NCBI RefSeq assembly: GCF_036971445.1
Contig: NC_091470.1
Location: 278,070,001-278,134,000 of the forward strand
DNA: 64,000 nt
Direction: 5' to 3'
Source of the DNA: Narcine bancroftii
Taxonomy: Eukaryota
Shown: piece after piece, positions 23,576 to 35,039 of the stretch
Layout: each line of letters opens with the position of its first letter
Numbering within the stretch: the stretch's first letter is position 1
The notes under the pieces: generated by a model
What the model was told of the DNA's origin: nothing
The model's input: only the letters and a program-made list of their open reading frames with translations
Databases searched by the model: none
Position numbers and translations under genes: made by a program

Positions 23576-26470
23576 TGTAATGTGACTGATTGCACTCAGA
23601 GACAAGTGAGGAGTACAAACTGACTTTTAACCACTTACAATCAATGACCAGTAGACACAATAGTACTTAGATGAATCTGAGATAAGGTGGGAAAACTAGT
23701 ATTTATATTGGAGTAGGTGAGGGTGGAGCCAGGGGAGGAGCCAGTCATCTGAACAATACATAGACAGTGAATTCCAGTTCACTGCATTCACCCCGTCCTT
23801 TAGAATGGAGACCATTCATTAAAAAAAACTAATACTTTACAAATATTTACAAGTTAAGTCTGTCAGGGGCTCTGGTAATTCTGGTCGAGCACTGCAGTAC
23901 TGGAGGAGTTGTGCTTCCAAAACTTCCTGGACCCCCTGTGGTACAGGGTCAGTGGATCTCGAGGGCTCCGGCTCAGGTCATGGAGTGGATTGGTCCACTT
24001 CCCGAGCAGTGTCCTCTGGGACACTGAGTGGAGTACTCAGTAGTTCCTGGCTCACTTGAGGCATCAGATCCTCAATTCCGACGGTCTTTTATCGAGACAG
24101 TGTCCTCTCTGCCATCAGGATATGTCACATAGGCATACGTTGGGTTGGCGTACAGCAGGTGCACCCTCTCGATTGGGGGTCTGTCTTGCTCCTCCTCATA
24201 CATTCTCAGCAGGACTAGCCCTGCCAGGAGAATAGTCCCAAGTGTAAATGTAAACAAAAGCTCCTGAGTGGTTGCGTTGGTCTCCATGCAGAGGAGTGAC
24301 CTTATGGAGTGGAGCACCATGGGTAGGACTTCTTGCCAGCGTGAGTCTGGAGAGCCAATTTCATGACCTTCCATACAGTCATGTTCTCTTTTTCAACTTG
24401 TTCGTTTTCCTGGGGATTGTAGCTAGTTGTCTTGCTTGAGGCAATGCCCCTTACGAGCAGGTACTTGTGTAGCTCTTTTTTGCTCATAAATGATGAGCCC
24501 TGGTCACTATGGGTATAGCTAGGGTACCTGAACAGGGTGAAAGTAGAGTGCAAGGCCCTGATTATTGTGGTTGTGGTCATGTCTGGGCAGGGCATGGCCA
24601 ATGGAAAATGTGAATACTCATCGATGATGTTGAGAAAGTACACATTTCCATTGGTGAAAAGGAGAGGACCCTTGAAATTGACACTGAGTCATTCTAAGGG
24701 GCAGGTTGCCTTTATCAGGTGCACTTTGTTGGGATGGTAGAAGTGTGGCTTGCACTCTACTCAGACCGGGCAGGACCTGGTCAATTCCTGATGTCCTCAA
24801 TGGAGTAGGGCTGTTTGCATGCCTTGATGAAATGAGCCATGAGAGTGATGCTCGGGTGACAAAGCTCATCGTGCAGTGACTGCAAATGGCTAGAGTGTGC
24901 AAAAGCACAGCTTCCTCTTGACAGGGCATCTGGAGGTTCATTGAGGGTACCTGGCCTGCTGTTATGTCATACTTATAGGTGGAGAGTTTGATCCTCCACC
25001 TAGTGATCTTTATTTTGCCCCTTTTTGCATTATTAAACCTGAATGCCACTGATTGCTGGTCAATGAGCAGTGTAAATTTTCTGCTGACCAGGTAATGCCT
25101 CCAGTGCCTGATGGCCTCTACAATGGCTTGAGCCTCTTTTTCCACAGATGGGTTCTGAAGCTGGTGGCCTTGGAAGGTGCAGGAGAAAAAGGCAATCTGG
25201 TTAAGGGTAGTAGCCAGAGCTACGTCATAGGCATCACTTTCCACCTGGAAGGGTGCATTCTCATCCACCACATTAATGGTGGCCTTTGCAATGTAGCCCC
25301 GAACGTAATCACCTGGGCTTCGACTGATAATGGGATAACGGGACTGATAATGGACCTTATTTTTGTATTGAGGGACCCACTGGGCATAGTAGGAAAAGAA
25401 GCCCAGGAATTATTATAGGAAAGATATAAACAAAATAGAGAGAGTGCAGAGAAGGTTCACAAGAATGTTGATAGGATTTCAAGGTTTGAGTTACAGGGAA
25501 AGGTTGTGCAGACTAGGGCTTTTTTCTCTGGAGCATGGAAGATTGAGGGGGGACTTGATAGAGGTGTTTAAGATTTTAAAAGGGACAGACAGAGTAAATG
25601 TGGATAGGCTTTTTCAATTAAGAGTGGGGGAGATTCAAACTAGAGGGCATGGTTTAAGATTGAAGGGGGAAAATTATAAGGGGAACATGAGGGGAAATTT
25701 CTTTACACAAAGGGTGGTAGGGATGTGGAATGAGCTTCCGGCAGACGTGGTTGAGGCGGGATCATTGGTTATATTTAAGGATAGACTGGATAGTTACATG
25801 GAGAGGAGAGGACTGGAGGGGTCTGGACCGGGTGCTGGTCAGTGGGACTAGGAGGGTGGGAATTTGTTATGGCATGGACTAGTAGGTCCGAACTGGCCTG
25901 TTCTGTGCTGTAAGTGGTTATATGGTTATATGGTTATGGTAACCTCTTTAAAGCTTTCATGGTCTTCGGGATCTAGAGGTCGAACAGGGGTGCATTTGAT
26001 CAGAGTCAGGGCCAGTGACACTATTCTCCACCACATAGCCCATCACCAGAGGATTCATCTGGAATGCACCCTTACTGGAATTGTATGTGAGGTTCAGGGC
26101 CTTGGCTATGTGGAGAAACCTCTGGAGGTTGGTGCCATGGTCTTCCAGAACCTGTCCACAAATGGTGACGTTCTCGAGATAAGGGAAGGGGGCCTTCAAC
26201 TCGTATTCATTGACCATCTTGTCTGTCTGTCTCTGAAAAACTGAGACCCATTGGTGATACCAAAAGGGGCCCTCCAGAACTGATGGAGCCATCCGTCTGC
26301 CTCAAATGCTGTGTAGGGGAAGTCCTCAGAGCGGATCAGTAACTGATGATATGCAGCTTTCAGGTCAATGGTTGAATACTGTGCAATTTCGTTTACCATG
26401 TCTGAAATCCGAGGGAGGTGGTACGTGTCCTGCAGTGTGAAATGATTAATTGTTTGGCTGTAGTCAAACT
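23576..26470 (-). mobile_element. Gypsy element (RT-RH-IN + 3' LTR), decayed, interrupted by CR1
   Basis: LTR 23576-23786; TIDLKAAYHQ, FQVESDA, HSDQGSSF motifs; same family as 29348-33429. Confidence 0.85.
25413..25940 (+). mobile_element. CR1 3' fragment inserted into Gypsy
   Basis: ORF 25444-25851 (RLRGDLIEVFKIL) ending in a TATGGTTA-type tail. Gypsy sequence resumes on both sides. Confidence 0.9.
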
Positions 26471-27030
26471 GTGAAGGCATCATGCAGACTGCTACGTCAA
26501 CCATGCCTTAAGAAATGACTTATCCTGGACACAAAACACTTGTCAGAATGACTGCACTACCTGAAAAGACTGAGGCAGGTAAGGCTACCAGCCACTATCC
26601 TGTCAACTTTTTACAGGAGCTTGATGGAGAGAGTCCTGGCCTGGTATGATTGCAGTAGAGCATCAGATGGGAGGTCAATCCACTAGACCATAGGAGCAGT
26701 AGAGGATCACTGGGGCACACAGCATCTTTCAGCTATTCCCGTCGGGAGAGAGATGAAGGAGTGTCAGAACGAGAACTACCAGGCTGAGAAATGAACTGCT
26801 CATACAAACTCTCTATGATTCAACAGTTTATTTAACAGTCATATTAATTGATTTTAATATTTGTATGTAAGTACTGTGAACATGTATGGTTTGTCTGGAT
26901 GTGTGTTTGCAGTGAGGACTGGAGAACGCTGTTTCGTCCGTAGTACTCGTATGATAAATGAACCTGAACAATAATTAAAAAGAGCTTCACGTGTAGACTG
27001 GAGGGAAAGGGACTCGGAAGAAGATGTCTA

Positions 27031-27156
27031 TGACGGTGATTCTGCGCCGCTGTGTCAAACGGAGCCGCATTATGTTGCCTGCATCCTGGACACTTCCTAT
27101 TTAATACTAACGACGCAATTAGAGGAGCACGTCCACCCCAAGCTTCACACGGAATC
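27031..27156 (+). promoter_or_regulatory. Putative V3 promoter
   Basis: Half-CRE TGACG (27031), ETS-like CACTTCCT (27091-27098) and TATA-like TATTTAA (27098-27104), about 55 nt before the ATG. Motif match only. Confidence 0.4.
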
Positions 27157-27564
27157 ATGTCGCTCCGTTATCTAGTTGCTGCCTTGTTGATCTTCCTTGG
27201 TAAGTATGTCCACCATACTTTTTTTTTGCTACCCCTTCTCCTTCACGTGCCTTCACTGTCCTTCATTTGCAGCTGGATACGTTACCGGGGATTTGAACCA
27301 GCCTCAGATGTCCATCACCAAGCCCGTGACCACAACGGTGAAGATATGGTGCGAGTCCACGGCCGCCTATTACATCCACTGGTACCAGCAGCGCCCCGAC
27401 CAGGCGCCTACAAGAATCTTATTTTACAACGAGGGGAAAACCGTGCGGGAATGGGGAATACCCATCAAATTTTCAGCCGAGGCGAGCGGCTTTTCCTTCT
27501 CGCTTGTGATTGATAACGTCAATCTGACTGATGCGGCCACGTATTACTGTTCCCGATGGGTTGG
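27157..27564 (+). CDS. TRGV: TCR gamma-like V segment 3 (leader 27157-27199, intron 27200-27272, V exon 27273-27564)
   Basis: Leader MSLRYLVAALLIFL + GTAAGT donor. V exon DLNQPQMSITKPVTTTVKIWC...IHWYQQRPDQAPTRILF...DAATYYCSRWV. Confidence 0.92.
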
Positions 27565-27603
27565 CACAGTGTGAAATAACGACTGGAGGGGCATACAAAA
27601 ACC
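27565..27603 (+). other. 23-spacer RSS of V3 (perfect consensus)
   Basis: CACAGTG, 23 nt, ACAAAAACC (27595-27603). Confidence 0.97.
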
Positions 27604-28279
27604 CTGCGAGTCGCTTAGCTGCTATTCAGCTTCGCCCGGGGACATGAGACACCAGCACATTTCCTGGCGGTACATCTAGGAACGCAGCGTTCCCGTTAAG
27701 TGGGGGTGGGACACACGGGACAATCTGCTGGAGGAAGGAAATAAATTCGATTTAAACCGGAACGTGTATCATTGCAAAATACACATCGCCCGCTAGGCGC
27801 ACTGCATTTATCAATCAGATTGTTTTTCAACGCCGGGATTCCTGCCTACTATAGAGATGGGGAACCTGATGCAGACGTTAGGTCACTAGAAAAGCTAAGC
27901 AGAAAAAAAATCACTGTTTTTGCGAGGTAATTTGAATGCAACATGAAGTAGACGACGCTTCCTTGTTAGAGGCCGACATTGGGAGTATCGTGCAGAGTAT
28001 TGGCTCATTGATTTAAGGAGATGTTTTCTGGAATGAATACCTGGAATGATGGAGTAAAGTTGGGAGTTTAGTACCACATTGAGCCAGGAGATTGAAAGGA
28101 GGTCTCGTTTCCTGAGGAGTGTTGACAGGATGAATCCACGTGGGAGAATCAAGGTTGGGTGTCCTTTACAAATAAGGGGTCGCCGTCTTTCTCTCGGGAA
28201 GCCAGGAGTCTTTGGAACCTTCTTCCACGAAGGACGGCAAGCCGAGCCTTTGAGACATGGGGAGATGAGCGAAGGAGGA

Positions 28280-28515
28280 TGGAGTGAGTGGGTGGAAGGG
28301 GGTTGAGAGGAGGTTGGAGCGAGTGGGTGGAAGGGGGTTGAGAGGTTGGAGCGAGTGGGTGGAAGGGGGTTGAGAGAAGGTTGGAGCGAGTGGGTGGAAG
28401 GGGGTTGAGAGGAGGTTGGAGCGAGTGGGTAGAAGGGGGTTGAGAGGAGGTTGGAGCGAGTGGGTGGAAGGGGGTTGAGAGAAGGTTGGAGCGAGTGGGT
28501 GGAAGGGGGTTGAGA
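28280..28515 (+). repeat. 35-bp G-rich minisatellite, about 7 copies
   Basis: Unit GAGCGAGTGGGTGGAAGGGGGTTGAGAGGAGGTTG; one copy is 32 bp. Confidence 0.95.
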
Positions 28516-28624
28516 ACTTCGCCGACCGGTGAAGGGAGACCGAGGAGGAAAATCTGCGGATAGGAGCTCTCGCCAGGTCAAACACCACGTCCTCCGCGCA
28601 TCAGCTGCTTTCGGTTCCACGTGG

Positions 28625-28749
28625 TGAGGGGCGGAGATTCGGATTGGCATTCAGCGCGGAGGCTGCGACGTCCCGGAATTTCCTGCCGAGCCAGAGTTGG
28701 GGTGAGACCCGCCGCTTCAGTCTCAGTCGCGACGCTGCAACTGCTCAAC
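28625..28749 (+). promoter_or_regulatory. Putative V4 promoter (GC box and inverted CCAAT)
   Basis: GGGGCGGAG 28628-28636 and ATTGG 28643-28647 in CpG-rich sequence. Motif match only. Confidence 0.45.
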
Positions 28750-29185
28750 ATGAAGCCGCTGCTGACTGTCATTTTATGGGCCTCCCTCCTCGGTCAGGGG
28801 TTTGGATTGTAATTTCTTTTTAAACACTGATGCGTTCTGAAATAATTCGAACTCTTTTTAACTCTCTTCTCCCGCAGGTAAATCGGCGGCTCAAACACTG
28901 ATCCAGTCCCAACGATCGATCACCGTAGCTCCCTCCAAATCTGTCCACTTCTACTGTGAGATCCAAGGACTAGATTTCGAGAAAGCTCTTATCCATTGGT
29001 ATCGGCAGAGACCGGGACAGGAACCGCAGAGGCTCCTGTATTTTATGAACCCAACCAATTATCAGAAGGATGTGCCCGAGAAGCGATTAACTGTTAGCAA
29101 AGTACCCGAGAGTAAATCGTGCAAACTGCTCTTGACGAGTGTCCGGGCGGAAGATGCTGGCACGTATTTCTGTGCTTACTGGATG
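28750..29185 (+). CDS. TRGV: TCR gamma-like V segment 4, not in the ORF track (leader 28750-28792, intron 28793-28877, V exon 28878-29185)
   Basis: Hand translation: MKPLLTVILWASLL|GKSAAQTLIQSQRSITVAPSKSVHFYCEIQGLDFEKALIHWYRQRPGQEPQRLLYFMNPTNYQKDVPEKRLTVSKVPESKSCKLLLTSVRAEDAGTYFCAYWM, no stops. Confidence 0.92.
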
Positions 29186-29224
29186 CACAATGGCCAAGGG
29201 CGACGGGCGACCAGTGCATAAACC
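29186..29224 (+). other. 23-spacer RSS of V4
   Basis: CACAATG, 23 nt, GCATAAACC (29216-29224). Confidence 0.85.
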
Positions 29225-29347
29225 CTCTTTGTGCGCAACACGCCTGACTCGTTGAAGCCCAAATCACAGGTGTCGCGCCTCCAGTTTGCCGCGAACATCT
29301 GCGTTGACTGAATTTTTTTTTTCACGACGTAAATTAAATGTTACTTG

Positions 29348-32300
29348 TGCAGTGAAATGGGATTCACTGTTTCTGGCTGGCTCCTCCCTCACCTACCCCA
29401 ATATAAACCCCGGTTTTCCCGCCCTACCTCAGATTCACCTGAGGACTATTGTGTCTACTGGCCATCGGTTGTAAGCTGTTAAAAGCGTGTTTGTACTCGC
29501 TAGTGCAATCAGTCACTTACATTTTTAATTGCTTAACTTTGAAATGGGATGGAAGCCCTGTGGAAGCCAGGCATGCTCCAGGTCGACCCTCTGTCCCCTG
29601 AGGCCCCGGAAGAATTCACCTACTGGCTGGAGTGCCTCCAGTCCTACCTGACAGCCACACACGACGTCTTCAACTCGGATAGTCTCCGGAGATCAGCACT
29701 TCACTCTTGAGTCGGCCCAAAAGGTACATAGTAGATTGTACTAAATACAAGTCAGCCATAGAAGGCTTGAAGGCCCGCTACGTGAGGCCCCAGAACGATC
29801 TGCTGGTGAGGCACTGACTCAATGTTGGCAACGTCTGGGTGAGTCACTGGACAATTATGTTCTTGAACTGTGGGTCCTGACCAGAAAATGCCACTACAAA
29901 GTGACAACGTCCTGGGTGAGAGAGGAGGAACAAATCCGGGACACCCTCGTGGCAGGAGTGAGGTCAGAGGCAGTAACTGCTAGAGTTGGGGGAAGAAAGA
30001 CTTGGCCAGCACCCTGGAGCTGGTGAAAGTGCTCGAACAGGTCCAACTGGGGGCTGATGACCTCAAGGTCAGAGGACCAATTAGTTGGAGCGCCTATGAC
30101 CCCCACAGATCCATTACCAACAGCTGTGGCCTGTGGTCAGACAAAGCACCACCACGCCCAATACCCTGCGAAGGACTCTGTGTGCTCAGAATGTGGTAAG
30201 CAAGGGCACTGGGTGAAGGTCTGCCAGGCTAAAGGAAACCTAAAGAGGGCAACCACATGTGCAACCCCTGAATTATTTTTCGACCCATGCCCTAGTCCCG
30301 AAGTGCCGGCCTCAGCTTCTCCATGCTACTCACCACCAGCATCTTGCTGCACCTCGCGGGGGACCCACCACCAGTGGTAAAGCATTGTGGGAAGCCACGG
30401 GAGCCAGGTCAGTGCCACCTAGTCCATTGTTGGATCAAAATGGAGGGCGGCCATCTTGCTGAACCTCATGGTCAATGCCATCTTGTCTGCCCATGGGCCA
30501 AGAGGAGAGAGTTGACATCAACATGGGAAGCGATGGGGTTTCTGGAGAACTGTTATCAGGCAATACCTCACCAATTAAATAACTTGACAATGGGGTTGAG
30601 GGTAAATGGACATTTGACTGATTGCTTAATAGACACTGGCTCCACTGAGAGTTTTATAAACTCTGTGATGGTTCTGGGGTACAACTTAAGAGTGTACCTG
30701 ATGGACTATTGTATTTTTGTAGCTTTGTACTTGCACTCTGCGATGATCTAGGACTATTGAATAGTACATCTAACTGTAAAAGTGGGGGAGGGAAATTTTG
30801 TAAGTTCTGATTATTTGTACTGAAGAATTTGTGTGCTTCCGTGTTGCTGGGCCTGGACTTCCTATGTCACTTTAAAAGTGTGGTCATGGAGTAATCTGGC
30901 CCACTTCCTCCAATCGTGGTGTGGAATGGAAGGTCCAGAAAGCCTTATTCCACATGTGGTCTCTCCACCCTACATATTGATCCCCTCCCCCACCCACTGT
31001 TTCTGAACCTGACTCCTGATTGTATACCAATAGCTACAAAGTGCAGGCGATGCACTCAGGAATTTAACATCATTGAGCCCAACAACAGCCCATGGAGAAC
31101 CTAGGTGGTAGTTGTAAAAGGGGAAGAAAAGTCCAGGCTTGTGATTGACTAACAATTAATCATTTTACACTCCAGGATGAGAACCCTCTCCCTTGAATTT
31201 CAGACATGGTAAATGAAATTGCATAGTATTGGGTCTATTCAACCATCAACCTGAAAGCTGCATACCATCAGTTACTGATCTGTTCCAAGGATTACCCCTA
31301 CACAGCATTTGAGGCAGACAGAAGGCTCCATCAGTTGCGGAAGGTCCCTTTTGGTATCACCAATGGGTCTCAGTTTTCCAGAGACAGACGGAGAAATGGT
31401 TGACAAGTATGGGTTGAAGGCCACTTTCCCTTATCTCAACAATGTCACCATTTGTGGACACTCTCTGGAAAACCACGATGCCAACCTCCAGAGGTTTATC
31501 CACATGGCTAAGGCTCTGAACCTTACATACAACTCCAGTAAGTGCAGGTTCTGGGTGAAATGTCTGGTGATCTTGGGCTATGTGGTGGAGAATGGTATCA
31601 TTAGCCCTGTCCCTGATTGAATGTGCTCTCTGTTAGACCTCCCAATCCTGAAGTCCATGATAGCCTTAAGGAGGTTCCTGGGCTTCTTCTCCTTTTCTAG
31701 TGGGTCCCTCACAACACAGATAAGGTCTGCCCCCTCTTAAAATCAATCTCTTTCCCATTGTCGGCCAAAGCCCAGGCAGCTTTTGACTGTTCAGAGCTAT
31801 GTCACAAAGGCCACCATGCATGTGGTGGATGAGAATGCACCCTTCCAGATGGAAAGCGATGTCTCTGACATAGCTCTGGCCCCTACCCTCAACTAGATGG
31901 GCAGATTGGTTACTATTTTCTCCTGCACACTATAAGGCCATGAGATTCCTAACACATCAGTGGAGAAAGAGGCTGAAGCCACTGTAGAGGCCATCAGAGA
32001 CTGGAGGCATTAACTGGCCAGCAGAAATTTTACACTGCTCACCAACCAGCAATCAGTGGCATTTATGTTTAATAATGCAAAAAGGGGCAAAATAAATATA
32101 ATTTTGACGTAGCATTCAGGCCAGGTATTCTCAATGAACCTCCAGATGCCCTTTCAAGAGGAAGCTGTGCCTCTGCACTCACCAGCCAGTTGCGATCACT
32201 GCATGATGAGCTTTGCCACCTGGGCATCACCCGCATGGCTCATTTCGTCAAGGCATGCAACCTTCCCTACTCTGTTGAGGACACCAGGGAAATGACTAGG

Positions 32301-33429
32301 TCCTGCCAGGTCTGTGCGGAGCATAAGCTGCATTTCTACTGCCCCAAAATGTGCACCTGATAAAGGCATCCCACCTCTTTGAATGCCAATTTCAAGGATC
32401 CCCTCTCTTCCACCAATGGAAATGTGTACTTTCTCAACGTTATCAATGAGTATTCACATTTTCTGTTCACCGTCCCCATGACCACTACCACAGTCATCAG
32501 GGCCTTGTACTCTATTTTCGCCCTGTTCTAGTATCCCAGCTATATCCATAGCGACCGGGGCTCATCATTTTTGAGTGAAGAGCTCATCAGTATCTGCTCG
32601 TAAGGGGCATTGCCTCAAGCAGGATGACTAGCTACAATCCCTGAGGGAATGGATGTTGAAAAAGAGAACATAACTGTATGGAAGGCCATGAAATTGACTC
32701 TCCAGACTCATGTTGGAAATAATTCTACCCACAGTGCTCCACTCTATAAGGTCGCTCCTCTGCATGGCAACCAATGCAGCTCCTCACGAGCTTATGTTTA
32801 CGTTCTAGAGGAAATCCACATCTGGGTCTACTCTCCTGGCTTGGCTGATAGCAACAGGACCAGTCCTTCTAAGATAGCACCTGAGGAGGAGCAAAGCAGA
32901 CCTCCTGATCAAGAGGGCGCATCTGGTGCATGCCAACCCAATGAATGCTTACATGATGGCAGAGAGGACACTGTCTTGATCAGAGACTTGGCACCCGCCG
33001 GAACTGAGGATCTGATGCCTCAAGCAAGCCAGATGCTACCGAGTACCCCACTCAGAGTCCCGGTCCCTTGATAAGCAGACCAATTCACTCCACAACCTGA
33101 GGCGAAGCTGGAGCCCTCGGAGCCCACAGATCCTGTGCCACAGGAGGTTCAGGAAGCCCAAAGTCCTACAATACTGTGGCACTCAACCAGAATTACCAAA
33201 CCCCCTGACAGACTTAACTTGTAAATATTTGTAAAGTATGAATAGTCTCTGTTTTTCACCCACAGGCTCCATTCTGAAGGAAGGGGTAATGCAGTGAACT
33301 GGAATTCACTGTCTACATATTGTTCAGATGACTGGCTCCACCCTCATCTACCCCTGGCCATTGATTGTAAGCTGTTAAAAGCGTGCTTGTACTCTTCACT
33401 TGTCTCTGAGTGCATTCAGTCACGTTACA
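29348..33429 (+). mobile_element. Gypsy LTR retrotransposon, full span but decayed
   Basis: Diverged LTRs TGCAGTGAA...TTACA at 29348-29521 and 33290-33429; gag knuckle CSECGKQGH; protease LIDTGS; RT/RH/IN remnants; PPT before 33290. No clean TSD. Confidence 0.88.
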
Positions 33430-33508
33430 ATTTCATAGCTGGTTTAATAAAGCTGTGCGATAGTACAAATTCTATCACCAATGTGTATATGTACTGATGG
33501 TAGTGTAG

Positions 33509-35039
33509 GCAAAATCTTCGCTAGGATTCTCCTAAATAGAATAATACCTAGTGTCGCCGAGAATATTCTCCCAGAATCACAGTGCGGCTTTCGCGCAAAC
33601 AGAGGATCTACTGACATGGTCTTTGCCCTCAGACAGCTCCAAGAAAAGTACAGAGAACAAAACAAAGGACTCTACATCACCTTTGTTGACCTCACCAAAG
33701 CCTTCGACACCGTGAGCAGGAAAGGGCTTTGGCAAATACTAGAGCGCATCGGATGCCCCCCAAATTTCCTCAACATGGCTATCCAACTGCACGAAAACCA
33801 ACAAGGTCGGGTCAGATACAGAAATGAGCTCTCTGAACCCTTCTCCATTAACAATGGCGTGAAGCAAGGCTGTGTTCTCACACCAACCCTCTTTTCAATC
33901 TTCTTCAGCATGATGCTGAACCAAGCCATTAAAGACCTCAACAATGAAGACGCTGTTTACATCCGGTACCGCACGGATGGCAGTCTCTTCAATCTGAGGC
34001 GCCTGCAAGCTCACACCAAGACACAAGAGAAACTTGTCCGTGAACTACTCTTTGCAGGCGATGCCGCTTTAGTTCCCCATTCAGAGCCACCTCTTCAGCG
34101 CTTGACGTCCTGTTTTGCGGAAACTGCCAAAATGTTTGGCCTGGAAGTCAGCCTGAAGAAAACTGAGGTCCTCCATCAGCCAGCTCCCCACCATGACTAC
34201 CAGCACCCCCACATCTCCATCGGGCACACAAAACTCAAAACGGTCAACCAGTTTACCTATCTCGGCTGCACCATTTCATCAGATGCAAGGATCGACAACG
34301 AGATAGACAACAGACTCGCCAAGGCAAATAGCGCCTTTGGAAGACTACACAAAAGAGTCTGGAAAAACAACCAACTGAAAAACCTCACAAAGATAAGCGT
34401 ATACAGAGCCATTGTCATACCCACACTCCTGTTTGGCTCCGAATCATGGGTCCTCTACTGGCATCACCTACGGCTCCTAGAACGCTTCCACCAGCATTGT
34501 CTCCGCTCCATCCTCAACATTCACTGGAGCGCTTTCATCCCTAACGTCGAAGTACTCGAGATGGCAGAGGTTGACAGCATCGAGTCCACGCTGCTGAAGA
34601 TCCAGCTGCGCTGGGTGGGTCACGTCTCCAGAATGGAGGACCATCACCTTCCCAAGATCGTGTTATATGGCGAGCTCTCCACTGGCCACCGTGACAGAGG
34701 TGCACCAAAGAAAAGGTACAAGGACTGCCTAAAGAAATCTCTTGGTGCCTGCCACATTGACCACCGCCAGTGGGCTGATCTCGCCTCAAACCGTGCATCT
34801 TGGCGCCTCACAGTTTGGCGGGCAGCAACCTCCTTTGAAGAAGACCGCAGAGCCCACCTCACTGACAAAAGGCAAAGGAGGAAAAACCCAACACCCAACC
34901 CCAACCAACCAATTTTCCCCTGCAACCGTGTCTGCCTGTCCCACATCGGACTTGTCAGCCACAAACGAGTCTGCAGCTGACGTGGACATTTACCCCCTCC
35001 ATATATCTTCATCCGCGAAGCCAAGCCAAAGAAAGAAGA
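33509..35039 (+). mobile_element. 5'-truncated RTE-clade LINE
   Basis: Open RT ORF (QCGFR, FVDLTKAFD, GVKQG, YLG); GAA-rich tail; TSD AGTGTAG (33502-33508 / 35040-35046). It sits inside a small LTR-like repeat ending at about 35213. Confidence 0.93.

Noticed and set aside
27895-28650. 251-aa Pro/Ser-rich minus-strand ORF
   Set aside because: An artefact of the 35-bp minisatellite plus CR1 remnants.
33481-34980. 499-aa ORF as a host or domesticated gene
   Set aside because: It is a 5'-truncated RTE with a TSD. The ATG comes from the flank and the catalytic motif is altered.
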